From an uncultured bacterium (lineage in GTDB: Bacteria > SAR324 > NAC60-12): 64,000 nucleotides of DNA. Made by a program: the position numbers and the translations under genes. Of the stretch, positions 19,801-28,965 are shown piece by piece. The stretch covers positions 32,001 to 96,000 of the forward strand of contig CAXGMD010000002.1 in NCBI GenBank assembly GCA_964010765.1, given 5' to 3'. Numbering within the stretch: position 1 is the first letter of the stretch; each line of letters starts with the position of its first letter. Under the pieces are notes generated by a model, which was given only the letters and a program-made list of their open reading frames with translations, had not been told where the DNA came from and searched no databases.

Positions 19801-20823
19801 TTGACTCACCCACAAACCAGAGGAGTTAGAGATGGCCAGAATGATTACATTCAAGCAATCCATCAATGAGGCCTTGGCCCAGGAGATGGCTCGCGATGAG
19901 ACAGTGATTGCAATGGGGGAAGATATTGTTGGAGGTATGGGGGGCGATGGAGAGATGGACGCCTGGGGTGGAGTGTTTGGCTTCACGAAGGGTCTTCATG
20001 GCCAGTTTGGAGACCGCGTGATGGACACGCCAATTACGGAGTCAGCCTTCATTGGTGCAGCCGCGGGGGCAGCAGCCTGTGGGATGCGTCCGGTGGCGGA
20101 GTTGATGTTCATCGACTTCATGGGGGTTTGTTTTGACCAGATCTTCAACCAGGCGGCGAAGTTCAAGTACATGTTTGGGGGCAAAGCAGAAACACCGATG
20201 GTGGTTCGGACGATGATTGGGGGAGGTCTTCGTGCAGCTTCCCAACATTCGCAGTGTCTGTATCCGATCTTTACCCACATTCCTGGTTTGAAGGTGGTGA
20301 TACCTTCAAATCCATATGATGCGAAGGGTTTGTTGATCCAGGCGATCCGGGACAATGATCCGGTGATTTTCTGTGAGCACAAGTCGTTGCACCAGTTGGA
20401 GGGAGATGTTCCTGAGACACCGTATGCGATCCCGTTCAACGAAGCGAATGTGGTACGAGAGGGAGGGGATGTGACAATCGTGGCGATTGGCTTCATGGTG
20501 CACCGAGCCATGGAAGCAGCGACAGCATTGGCGAAGGAGGGGATTCAGTGTGAGGTAATTGATCCACGGACGACTTCGCCGTTGGATTTGGAGACGATCA
20601 TTGAGAGTGTGGAGAACACGGGTCGCTTGGTGGTGGTGGATGAGTCGAATCCGCGCTGCAGCATGGCTGCAGACATCAGTGCGCAGGTGACGGAACAGGC
20701 CTTTGGTTCATTGAAGGGTCCGGTGAGGATGGTGACGGCACCGCATTGTCCACCGCCATTTTCGGATGTGTTGGAGGATCTCTACATGCCAAGTGCAGAG
20801 AAAATCGCTGAGGCTGTCAGGTC
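18854..20823 (+). repeat. ~1970 bp direct repeat, copy 2 (acoAB core)
   Basis: Matches 5308-7277. Confidence 0.9.
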
Positions 20824-20833
20824 TCTAAAATAA
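19832..20833 (+). CDS. acoB: Acetoin dehydrogenase E1 beta, copy 2
   Basis: Protein identical to 6286-7287; the last codons are synonymous variants. Confidence 0.9.
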   Translation: MARMITFKQSINEALAQEMARDETVIAMGEDIVGGMGGDGEMDAWGGVFGFTKGLHGQFGDRVMDTPITESAFIGAAAGAAACGMRPVAELMFIDFMGVCFDQIFNQAAKFKYMFGGKAETPMVVRTMIGGGLRAASQHSQCLYPIFTHIPGLKVVIPSNPYDAKGLLIQAIRDNDPVIFCEHKSLHQLEGDVPETPYAIPFNEANVVREGGDVTIVAIGFMVHRAMEAATALAKEGIQCEVIDPRTTSPLDLETIIESVENTGRLVVVDESNPRCSMAADISAQVTEQAFGSLKGPVRMVTAPHCPPPFSDVLEDLYMPSAEKIAEAVRSLK

Positions 20834-20857
20834 TCACTAATTGTCTGATGCGAAAAT

Positions 20858-20890
20858 GCTGGGAGACTTTGCTTGAGTATGTCTCCCAGC
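20858..20890 (+). other. Intercistronic hairpin between acoB2 and acoC
   Basis: GCTGGGAGAC-N13-GTCTCCCAGC, a perfect 10-bp stem with no U-tract. Confidence 0.6.
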
Positions 20891-21004
20891 CGAGTTCATA
20901 CAAGATTAAATTTAGACAAAGACAAAGACGCCCAAAGCCTTATTGACACAAGAGATTTCTGCCCAAAAAAATGATAATTTTATTTGAAGAGTGAGGTACC
21001 AAAA

Positions 21005-22099
21005 ATGGGAGAGTTGATCAAAGTTACAATGCCAAAGTGGGGCCTCTCGATGAAAGAGGGAACTGTAAGTGATTGGATAGTTGAAGAAGGAGATGAAATA
21101 GAGAAAGGACAGGAGATTGTAGAAATAGAAACAGACAAAATAGCGAATGTTCTGGAATCCCCAGGAAGCGGTATCCTCCAAAAAATTGTAGCTCACTCTG
21201 GCGAGGTACTCCCCGTTGCGGCTTTGATAGGTGTGATTACAGATGGTGCTGTAAGTGATGATGAAATAAGTGCCTTTATCGAGCAAGAAAATGCCGCAGC
21301 GGCAGCGGCAGCAGTTGATGAAGCTCCAGACCCCTTGACTATCAGCAAGGTATTTGAGTGGGAAGGTTTGAACATACGATACATTGACAGTGAGGATGGA
21401 GAAGATCCTTTGATCTGTCTGCATGGCTTTGGGGGAGACAAGAACAACTGGCAGTTCAACCTGGCGGCCTTAGCTCCCAACAGACGCGTGTTGGCTCCGG
21501 ACTTTCCAAGTCATGGAGACTCGACAGTCAGTACCGAGCACTCTTCACCGCTAGCCTATGCCAAGATGGTTTCAGCGATGATCGATCAGTTGGAGTTGGG
21601 GCAAGTGGACCTGGTGGGTCATTCGATGGGAGGGCTAGTGGCCTTGCTGGTGGCCCGGGAGAGCCCGGCGAAGGTAGGAGCGTTGACCTTGTTGGCGCCA
21701 GCAGGGATTGGTACAGAGATCAATGCGGGGTATGTCGATGGCTTTGCCAGGGCCAATAGCCGTAATGAGTTGAAGGCCTTGGCCGTCCAGTTGTTTGCTG
21801 ATAAGGAGATGGTGACCAGACAGATGGTAGCAGACCTGCTAAAGTACAAGCGTCTCGATGGAGTGGGAGAAGCGCTGGTGCAGTTGGCGGGGACACTTCA
21901 CAGTGGGGGCAAGCAGAGCGAGGACCTCAGCAGTGTAGCTCAGAGTCTTCCGACAAAGATCTTCTGGGGTAAGGCCGATGAGATCCTAGCTGTGAGCAAT
22001 TGTGCTCAGTTGAGTGGAGTGGACGTTGAGCAGTTGGAGTGTGGACACCAACCTCATATTGAAGCCGCTGATGTCGTTAATAAACATCTAGGTGGCTAA
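21005..22099 (+). CDS. acoC: Acetoin dehydrogenase E2 (lipoyl domain plus alpha/beta-hydrolase fold)
   Basis: MPKWGLSMKEG, ETDKI lipoyl Lys, LHGFGGDKNNWQFN, GHSMGG, LLKYKRLDGV, GHQPHIE. ATG at 21005 follows GAGG. Confidence 0.88.
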   Translation: MGELIKVTMPKWGLSMKEGTVSDWIVEEGDEIEKGQEIVEIETDKIANVLESPGSGILQKIVAHSGEVLPVAALIGVITDGAVSDDEISAFIEQENAAAAAAAVDEAPDPLTISKVFEWEGLNIRYIDSEDGEDPLICLHGFGGDKNNWQFNLAALAPNRRVLAPDFPSHGDSTVSTEHSSPLAYAKMVSAMIDQLELGQVDLVGHSMGGLVALLVARESPAKVGALTLLAPAGIGTEINAGYVDGFARANSRNELKALAVQLFADKEMVTRQMVADLLKYKRLDGVGEALVQLAGTLHSGGKQSEDLSSVAQSLPTKIFWGKADEILAVSNCAQLSGVDVEQLECGHQPHIEAADVVNKHLGG

Positions 22100-22321
22100 T
22101 TCTAAAAACTTTTTCAATTGCAGATTTCTATCAAAACAAAACTCCAAATTTGGATTTTGAGATTTGGTAGAGAACTACATCCGTGGGGAGTTCCACTTCC
22201 AACGGCTAAAATAGTTGGGTTGATTGAAATTATTTGAATTCGATGAGCCCCGCTTAACCGTGAGTTGCTCTTCTTATTTGAGGAACAAATCACAAAAAAC
22301 AACCATCCTTAGGGAGGTATA

Positions 22322-23854
22322 ATGTTTTACGTACCGAAGAACGCGATCCATAAAAAGGTTAGCCGACGTGATTTTCTGAAAATGGGCGGTGGTGCTGCAA
22401 CAGCCTTGGGAGCAGGATCAATCGCACTTGGGCTGAGCTCTGTGATCAACAGAAGACCTGTGTATGCACAGTCTTCCGATGCTGCAAAATGGAAGCAATA
22501 TGAGGGTTCTAAGCTTGTCTTCATGAGTGAGAACACCCCTCCATCCTTTGCTATCCGCGATAACCTGAAGACATTTTATGACCTGACAGGGATCGAAGTC
22601 GAAATCTTGACAGATCACTTGCCAACTGTGCAACAAAAAGTTGGGATTGACCTAAGGGGTGGTAACTCTGATTTCCACTTGAACTACATTCAGGATAAAC
22701 CAATTGGGTCTCCATTTGCGGACTACTATGAAGATTTGAATAAATACACCGGCGACAACACTCTACCTCAAGATCCTGAGGGTATGGGTGAAGACGTATG
22801 GTTTGAAAACTTTCAGAAGGCTTGTGGAGTCTTTTACGAAGCAGGTCGCATTGTTGCCTTCCCATACGACTGTGCTGTCGCCTGCTCTTTTTATCGTAAA
22901 GATCTCTTCGAAAAACTCAGTAAGGATTTCGAAAGTGAGTACGGTTACCGAATGGAGTTTACCGCGGACACGACATGGAAGCACGTTTATGAGTATGCAG
23001 CCTTCTTCAAGAAAGTTCGCGAAGGGGGCAATTCTGAGATACCCTATGGATATGCTCAACATCAGGGTAACTTTGCTTGGACAACTCAGCTAGACATACA
23101 GCGAATGCTCTTTTCGCATGGTCGTTGGACAGAGTTCGATGTCGATGACACCTTGGGCTCAAAAGATCCAGGTAAAACTAAGTGGGGTGATGCTCAGTCT
23201 GTAGCAGTGATGACAAAATTCAAGGAACAAGCTGATGTGAGCCATCCGGACAACTTGGCTAACGGTACTCTTGAATTAAATACAGTATATCAAGCAGGCC
23301 AGATTGCTATGCAGGTTCAGTATCATGAATTTGCTGCTTCTTGTGAAGATCCAAATACTTCAAAAGCTGCTGATGGAAAAACTGGTTATGCACCATGTCC
23401 AAAGGGTGAACCCAGCTGGATCGTAGGTGGTGGGCAAGCTGTTAATGGCACCAACTGTGGTATCGGTGGTATCGGTATTAATGGCAATGCTACAGAAGAT
23501 CAAAAGCGTGCGGCTTATATTTTTTCAATCTGGGCAACTTCGAAGAACATACAGTACGATGTTCTCCGTGGTTTGGGAGGCACTCCAACACGTAAGTCAG
23601 TTTTGGAAATTCCTGAAGTGAAAAACGCCCGAAAACGGCCAACAAATATGCCTAATGCATTGACCTTCGATGCTGTTTACGATCACGGCATACGAGACCC
23701 ACACTTTGTGCTTGGTCCAAAGATCCCTGAGGTGAACGAGTATCATAAAATCCTAGCCACAGAAGTACAGCGCTGTGTAGCTGGAGAACTATCCCCCGAA
23801 GAAGCTTGTGAAGCAATTCGTGAGCAGACCGACGAAGCCAACGGATATTTCTAA
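22322..23854 (+). CDS. CUT1 ABC transporter solute-binding protein, Tat-exported
   Basis: Tat motif SRRDFLK plus hydrophobic stretch and VYA-Q; family-1 SBP features (FYRKDLFE, GELSPEEAC); RBS GGGAGG; first gene of the ABC operon. Confidence 0.85.
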   Translation: MFYVPKNAIHKKVSRRDFLKMGGGAATALGAGSIALGLSSVINRRPVYAQSSDAAKWKQYEGSKLVFMSENTPPSFAIRDNLKTFYDLTGIEVEILTDHLPTVQQKVGIDLRGGNSDFHLNYIQDKPIGSPFADYYEDLNKYTGDNTLPQDPEGMGEDVWFENFQKACGVFYEAGRIVAFPYDCAVACSFYRKDLFEKLSKDFESEYGYRMEFTADTTWKHVYEYAAFFKKVREGGNSEIPYGYAQHQGNFAWTTQLDIQRMLFSHGRWTEFDVDDTLGSKDPGKTKWGDAQSVAVMTKFKEQADVSHPDNLANGTLELNTVYQAGQIAMQVQYHEFAASCEDPNTSKAADGKTGYAPCPKGEPSWIVGGGQAVNGTNCGIGGIGINGNATEDQKRAAYIFSIWATSKNIQYDVLRGLGGTPTRKSVLEIPEVKNARKRPTNMPNALTFDAVYDHGIRDPHFVLGPKIPEVNEYHKILATEVQRCVAGELSPEEACEAIREQTDEANGYF

Positions 23855-23865
23855 ACTTGACAAAC

Positions 23866-23892
23866 TCCCGGTTGGTCAACAACCAACCGGGA
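23866..23892 (+). other. Intercistronic hairpin after the SBP gene
   Basis: TCCCGGTTGGT-CAACA-ACCAACCGGGA, 11-bp stem. Confidence 0.65.
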
Positions 23893-23913
23893 ACCTTGTA
23901 GACATTGAAATCG

Positions 23914-24930
23914 ATGCAAACAACTCTTACGAATGGCATTGCAGACGGACAGCTTACAAATGCTGCAAAACTCGCTAATGTTTCTGAAGATCAATTTCGG
24001 ATGTCAAATGGTGTCCGAGTAATTGATTATCAGCCTACCAGTCGCCACGCAGCTCCCTCAAACAGGTACTATCTCTGGTTAATTCTACCAGCAGTGATCG
24101 TTCTTGCTTGCATCACACTTTATCCGTTTTTCTGGTTGATTTGGATGAGCTTCCACAAAGTGGATGTTTTGAAAGGTGATGTTTGGAATAACTTCGCTAA
24201 TTGGCGAAGACTTTTGGGAGATCGAAGTTTTGGAAATGGTTGGTTACTACTTCTGAAATACAGTGCGATGTGTATGCTCATGGAAGTGGGATTGGGAGTG
24301 TTGCTTGCGGTGATTTTAAACCGTTCAAAGTATGAAAAAGTTCTGGTAACGCTATTCCTTATGCCAATGATGATGGCGCCTGTGGTAGCGGGCTTGGTCT
24401 GGTACTATCTCTACAATTCAACCTTTGGTTGGTACCACTGGTTGATGCAAAGTGCTGGAATACTTGGGGAAAAATCGATCCTTGGAGATACTGGTACAGC
24501 TATGTGGGGAATCGTCCTGGTGGATGTGTGGCAGTGGACGCCCCTAATTATTCTCATTACACTGGCCGGGATGAAAAGAGTTCCAAGAGATCAACTCGAA
24601 GCAAGTATGGTGGATGGAGCTGGCGAATGGCGCAATTTCTTCCAGATAACTCTGCCGAATCTATATCCATTTTTGTTGATCGCGATTTTACTCCGCTTTA
24701 TGGACAACTTCCGCTTCATCGATGCGATTTTAGTATTGACAGGTGGTGGTCCTGCTAACTCAACAAAGATTCTTCCAACCTACTTATTTGATGTGTCTTT
24801 CCAGTTTTTCAAATTAGGTCGGGGCGCGGCAATCGCACTGACTCTACTATTTGTCACAATTATACTCGGATTGATTCTCGTGAAGGTGTTCGAGAGTCCT
24901 GCGGGCAAAGTAAATCGGGAAGGATCTTAA
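23914..24930 (+). CDS. Carbohydrate ABC transporter permease (MalF-like)
   Basis: Multiple TM segments, DVWQWTP, EAA loop EASMVDGA, LTGGGP. Start uncertain (23905 or 23914). Confidence 0.9.
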   Translation: MQTTLTNGIADGQLTNAAKLANVSEDQFRMSNGVRVIDYQPTSRHAAPSNRYYLWLILPAVIVLACITLYPFFWLIWMSFHKVDVLKGDVWNNFANWRRLLGDRSFGNGWLLLLKYSAMCMLMEVGLGVLLAVILNRSKYEKVLVTLFLMPMMMAPVVAGLVWYYLYNSTFGWYHWLMQSAGILGEKSILGDTGTAMWGIVLVDVWQWTPLIILITLAGMKRVPRDQLEASMVDGAGEWRNFFQITLPNLYPFLLIAILLRFMDNFRFIDAILVLTGGGPANSTKILPTYLFDVSFQFFKLGRGAAIALTLLFVTIILGLILVKVFESPAGKVNREGS

Positions 24931-24934
24931 TAAG

Positions 24935-25813
24935 ATGGCATCATCTGACATTGTCCAATATAAGACACCAGCTAGGAAAGCTGTTGATATTCTTGTCGGG
25001 GTCTTTCTAACAATATACCTCATCTGGACGCTACTGACGTTTGTGATGATGTTTGTTTCATCTTTCAAAGATCTGTTGGAGGCTTTCAAACTTCCAGAAA
25101 TTGGAGATTGGTTGGGTGTCACTTTGTTTTTTGATTTCACTCCTACATTTCGCCATTACGAAAATCTTTTTTTAGATAAGAATTTTGGCAAATATATGAT
25201 GAATAGTATCATTTCCGCAGGGGGCTCCGCGCTTATCTCCGTAGTGTTAGGTTCAATGTGCGCTTATGCCCTCTCAAGGACTGAATTTCGCGGTAAGAAG
25301 GATCTGCTGTTCTGGATTATTTCCACCAGAATGGCGCCGGTTGTAGCGGTAATGGTTCCACTCTATGCGATCTTCAGGAACTTCGAATTAGTTGGGACTT
25401 TGCCAGGGCTGATTCTGGCTTATACGACCTTTAACCTTCCGTTTGCGATTTGGATTTTAAAAGGCTTCTTTGACAACGTGCCCTACTCTATTGAAGAGGC
25501 ACAGATGTGCGATGGTGCAAATCGATTTGAAGCTTTTGTGTCAATTTTACCGCTTGTTGCCCCTGGAATTGGAGCCTTCTTAATACTATGTGTCCTTTTT
25601 GGTTGGAACGATTTTTTGTTTGCCTCCATAATCGGATCGGGAGGTGCTAAGACTCTTCCAGTAGCAACAGTTGAGCTTGTTCAACCACAGAATATCCAAT
25701 GGGGAAAAATAATGGCAGCTGGTGTTGTAACAACCGTTCCAATGATGTTTCTTGGGTTGCTGGTACGTCGTTATCTTGTAACTGGCCTGACCATGGGCGC
25801 TGTCCGCGAATAA
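24935..25813 (+). CDS. Carbohydrate ABC transporter permease (MalG-like)
   Basis: AYALSR, FNLPFAIWILKGFF, EEAQMCDGA, GLTMGAV. Confidence 0.9.
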   Translation: MASSDIVQYKTPARKAVDILVGVFLTIYLIWTLLTFVMMFVSSFKDLLEAFKLPEIGDWLGVTLFFDFTPTFRHYENLFLDKNFGKYMMNSIISAGGSALISVVLGSMCAYALSRTEFRGKKDLLFWIISTRMAPVVAVMVPLYAIFRNFELVGTLPGLILAYTTFNLPFAIWILKGFFDNVPYSIEEAQMCDGANRFEAFVSILPLVAPGIGAFLILCVLFGWNDFLFASIIGSGGAKTLPVATVELVQPQNIQWGKIMAAGVVTTVPMMFLGLLVRRYLVTGLTMGAVRE

Positions 25814-25833
25814 TCTTCAACTAATCTGAAAAC

Positions 25834-26925
25834 ATGGCATCTGTTTCAATCAAAAATGTCTGGAAATACTACGGGGAAACTGCCGCAGTCAAAGACCTTA
25901 ATCTTGAAGTCTTAAATGGAGAATTCCTATGCGTATTGGGTCCATCGGGATGTGGTAAATCCTCTAGTTTAAGAATGCTGGCGGGGTTAGAACATATTTC
26001 TTCAGGTGATATTCATTTTGGTGATCGTCGAGTGAATGATTTACCACCTAAGGAGCGGGATATTGCAATGGTTTTTGAAAACTATGCGCTCTATCCGCAC
26101 AAGACTGTTTTCGACAACATAGGAAACGCCCTCAAACTGCGCAAAGTTGATCCAAACACAATTCAGCAGAAAGTTGAAAGAGCTGCTGAAATGCTGGAAA
26201 TCAAGCATCTGCTTCAAAGAAAACCAATGGAGCTTTCAGGTGGCCAGAAGCAAAGAGTGGCGATTGGGCGTGCGATCGTGCGGGAACCGGAGTTGTTTCT
26301 ATTTGATGAGCCCATTGCTCACCTGGATGCCAAGCTCAGAGCTCACATGCGAGGAGAACTGAAGATTCTTCAGAGAAAACTCGGGACTACGATGGTCTAT
26401 GTGACTCATGATCAGATGGAAGCTCTTTCGATGGCGGATCGTGTTGCGGTCATGCACGAGGGAGTTTTGCAGCAATACGGAACACCCCAAGAGATTTATC
26501 ACAAACCGGTGAATGCTTGGGTTGCTGGTTTTGTAGGCGAACCACCCATGAATTTTCTAGACTGTGAGCTAGTCCAAGAGAATGACGCTATTCAGTTGAA
26601 ACATTCTACCTTCTCAGTGTCTCTTCTTCCTGAACAAGCGAGTATCATCAACAGCGCAAAGCTTGAACGCAAAGTTCAGCTAGCGATTCGTCCGGACGAG
26701 ATTCACATCAACGGAAAGCAATCAGCTGAGTCAATCAAAGCTGAGGTGAAGATCACAGAGCCTCTTGGAGGAGATATGCTGGTTGATACCACAGTTGGTA
26801 AGGAAAAAGTCTTGGTCAAAACGAAACCAGATTTTACTGCTTCGATGGGAGAGGATTGTTTCCTTAGCTTCGACAAACAGCGCTGGCATGTCTTTTCAAG
26901 TGAGACAGGATTAGCTTTCTTTTAG
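25834..26925 (+). CDS. Carbohydrate ABC ATPase (MalK/UgpC family)
   Basis: GPSGCGKS, YALYPH, LSGGQKQRVA, LFDEP, YVTHDQ, C-terminal TOBE domain. Confidence 0.92.
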   Translation: MASVSIKNVWKYYGETAAVKDLNLEVLNGEFLCVLGPSGCGKSSSLRMLAGLEHISSGDIHFGDRRVNDLPPKERDIAMVFENYALYPHKTVFDNIGNALKLRKVDPNTIQQKVERAAEMLEIKHLLQRKPMELSGGQKQRVAIGRAIVREPELFLFDEPIAHLDAKLRAHMRGELKILQRKLGTTMVYVTHDQMEALSMADRVAVMHEGVLQQYGTPQEIYHKPVNAWVAGFVGEPPMNFLDCELVQENDAIQLKHSTFSVSLLPEQASIINSAKLERKVQLAIRPDEIHINGKQSAESIKAEVKITEPLGGDMLVDTTVGKEKVLVKTKPDFTASMGEDCFLSFDKQRWHVFSSETGLAFF

Positions 26926-27067
26926 GGCCAGTCATCAATTAAGCCAAATGACAGCCACTATCTACTAGATATCCCCTAGAAAACAGGGCTCGTCTATAGA
27001 AATAGATGTCAATCTCTTGGTATTGTTTCAACTTAGCAAAGAAGTTCTTAATTAGGTTTTGTAGGGT

Positions 27068-27106
27068 GTCGCAACTCAAAATCTTCTCTGAGTTGCGACT
27101 TTTTTT
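27068..27106 (+). terminator. Rho-independent terminator of the ABC operon
   Basis: GTCGCAACTCA-N10-TGAGTTGCGAC followed by T7. Confidence 0.85.
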
Positions 27107-27283
27107 ACTCTTCCAGAAGGAGTCGTCAAATATCAGTGGTTTGAACCTCCAATAAACATCTCCACCGTTAACTTAACAGCTTGGGATTTTGCTCACCTAC
27201 AAGCTCAGTTCAGTCTCGAACGGCAACATCACCTGCACTTGCTTCAATCTGCCCAGCTGCCTCATCCGGAACCGGAATAGTCA

Positions 27284-28084
27284 TTATCTATTACCATGTT
27301 TTCCAGATTCCCATCTCTTTTCTAGCTTCTCACTGATCTTCATTCGTTGTTCTGGGGTCAGTATCGTATGGAGGCTAGTGAAACCTTGAGCCAATAATGG
27401 CAGCTTGGATTTCACTTCAGACCATCTTACATCAAGCAAGGCTTCAATATCCTGTACATTCACTGAGTCCTGCTGCATCTGTTCGTAAATCTCCTCTCTA
27501 ATTTCTTTATGCTGCTGCTTAATTTCCGCTGCTTTACTGCGTAAAGTGTTGATTAGATTGCTTATCTCTCTTTCTTGGAGATCATCAAGGTCTAGTGCGA
27601 TGGACATCCCGAATACGATACGAGATGTATTTGAAGATTGCAGACGCTCAAAATGATTGGATTCCAAACCTTTGGACATTCGCTCTTTTACCTTAGTGCG
27701 TTGTTCAGGAGTCAGCATCTTATGAAATTCAGTGAATTTTTGTGCTAACGCTGGCAACTTGGCATGAACAGAAGCCCATTTGGCTTCAAGCAGAGCAGTT
27801 AGATCCTCCGCATTTACTTCGTCTTGCTGCATCTGAGCAAGCATCTCTTCTCGCAGTTGCACCCGAATTTCCTTGAGTAACTCCAATTCAGGGCGAGCGT
27901 TATCAACAACCCTGGCCATTTCACGCGCCTGCGCATCATTGAGATCAAGTGTGCTGGATGTTTCTGAAACAATATCGGATGTGCTCCTTGAATCTGGCTG
28001 GCCACAACCCACCAAAAGGGTTGCTGATGTAACCGCAATTAGCAAAGACTGCCTAATTGTTTTGAAAGTTTTGCATGCTGACAT
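27284..28084 (-). CDS. Lipoprotein with two tandem Spy/CpxP (LTxxQ) domains
   Basis: Lipobox LLVGC; two internal repeats, each ending (M/I)LTPEQR; L(D)L(N/D)D(A/L)Q motifs; RBS AGGAG. Confidence 0.75.
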   Translation of the reverse strand: MSACKTFKTIRQSLLIAVTSATLLVGCGQPDSRSTSDIVSETSSTLDLNDAQAREMARVVDNARPELELLKEIRVQLREEMLAQMQQDEVNAEDLTALLEAKWASVHAKLPALAQKFTEFHKMLTPEQRTKVKERMSKGLESNHFERLQSSNTSRIVFGMSIALDLDDLQEREISNLINTLRSKAAEIKQQHKEIREEIYEQMQQDSVNVQDIEALLDVRWSEVKSKLPLLAQGFTSLHTILTPEQRMKISEKLEKRWESGKHGNR

Positions 28085-28192
28085 TGCGCTTCTCCTAAAG
28101 TAGCGTGATTTAATTTCCCATAGGTTCTATCAGTAGAACCTCTCGGGGCGATGAACTGAGGATTAGTATAGAAGATAAATCTTTCACCAACC

Positions 28193-28228
28193 TTTCCTTA
28201 ACCTTACAAAATAGTAAGGTTAAGGAAA
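28193..28228. promoter_or_regulatory. Palindromic operator, probable response-regulator binding site (Cop/Cus-box-like)
   Basis: TTTCCTTAACCTTAC-AAAATA-GTAAGGTTAAGGAAA, a perfect 15-bp inverted repeat between the divergent Spy-like gene and the response regulator. Confidence 0.65.
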
Positions 28229-28293
28229 AGGCTTCCAGATTGGATTAGCCGAGCTAAACTCATTCAGTATTTTCATTATTGGGAGAGGCTTCA

Positions 28294-28965
28294 ATGAAAC
28301 TACTTTTGCTTGAGGACGACCCCAAAGTCGCTGATTTCATCTCAAAAGGCCTAAGAGAAGCTGGGTTTGTTGTCGAGCATACTGCGCAGGGTGAGATTGC
28401 TCTGAGCTTAGCTCAATCGGAAATGTATGATGTGGCAGTACTAGATGTTATGGTTCCGGGCTTGAGTGGGCTTTCCGTAGTTCAGACACTGCGAGAGCAG
28501 AAAAATCCAATTCCTGTTCTTATTCTCAGTGCCAAGCACACATTGAAAGATCGGGTGAGTGGAATTGAGTTGGGAGCGGACGATTACTTGACCAAGCCTT
28601 TTTCCTTCACAGAATTGCTTGTCCGCGTACAAGCTCTGATCCGACGTAACTCCTTAAATGTGGAACCAACTACCCTCCAATATGCAGACTTGGAGATGAA
28701 TCTGCTAAGCCGGGAAGTGATCCGCTCCAAGCATCTTCTCCAATTACAGCCACGCGAATTCAGCTTGCTAGAATACTTTCTCAGGTATCCAGGTCGAGTA
28801 CTGTCCAAAACATTTATTTTAGAGCATGTCTGGGATTATGATTTTGATCCTCAGACAAATGTAGTTGATGTGCTGATTTCACGTTTGCGCAGCAAGGTAG
28901 ACAGAGACTTTGACACCAAACTGATCCATACACTTCGAGGCGTGGGATATGTACTTAAGCTTTGA
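28294..28965 (+). CDS. OmpR-family response regulator (CusR/CopR-like)
   Basis: LLLEDD, LDVMVPG, GADDYLTKPF, WDYDFDPQTNVVDV, IHTLRGVGY; ATG follows GGAGAGG. Confidence 0.92.
   Translation: MKLLLLEDDPKVADFISKGLREAGFVVEHTAQGEIALSLAQSEMYDVAVLDVMVPGLSGLSVVQTLREQKNPIPVLILSAKHTLKDRVSGIELGADDYLTKPFSFTELLVRVQALIRRNSLNVEPTTLQYADLEMNLLSREVIRSKHLLQLQPREFSLLEYFLRYPGRVLSKTFILEHVWDYDFDPQTNVVDVLISRLRSKVDRDFDTKLIHTLRGVGYVLKL

Noticed and set aside
5308..20823. Composite transposon or integrative element bounded by the long repeats
   Set aside because: The repeats are metabolic genes; no transposase, integrase, terminal inverted repeats or target-site duplication seen.
21005..22099. Lipoyl plus alpha/beta-hydrolase fusion as a novel architecture
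   Set aside because: This is the established AcoC architecture in Pseudomonas/Cupriavidus-type acetoin dehydrogenases.
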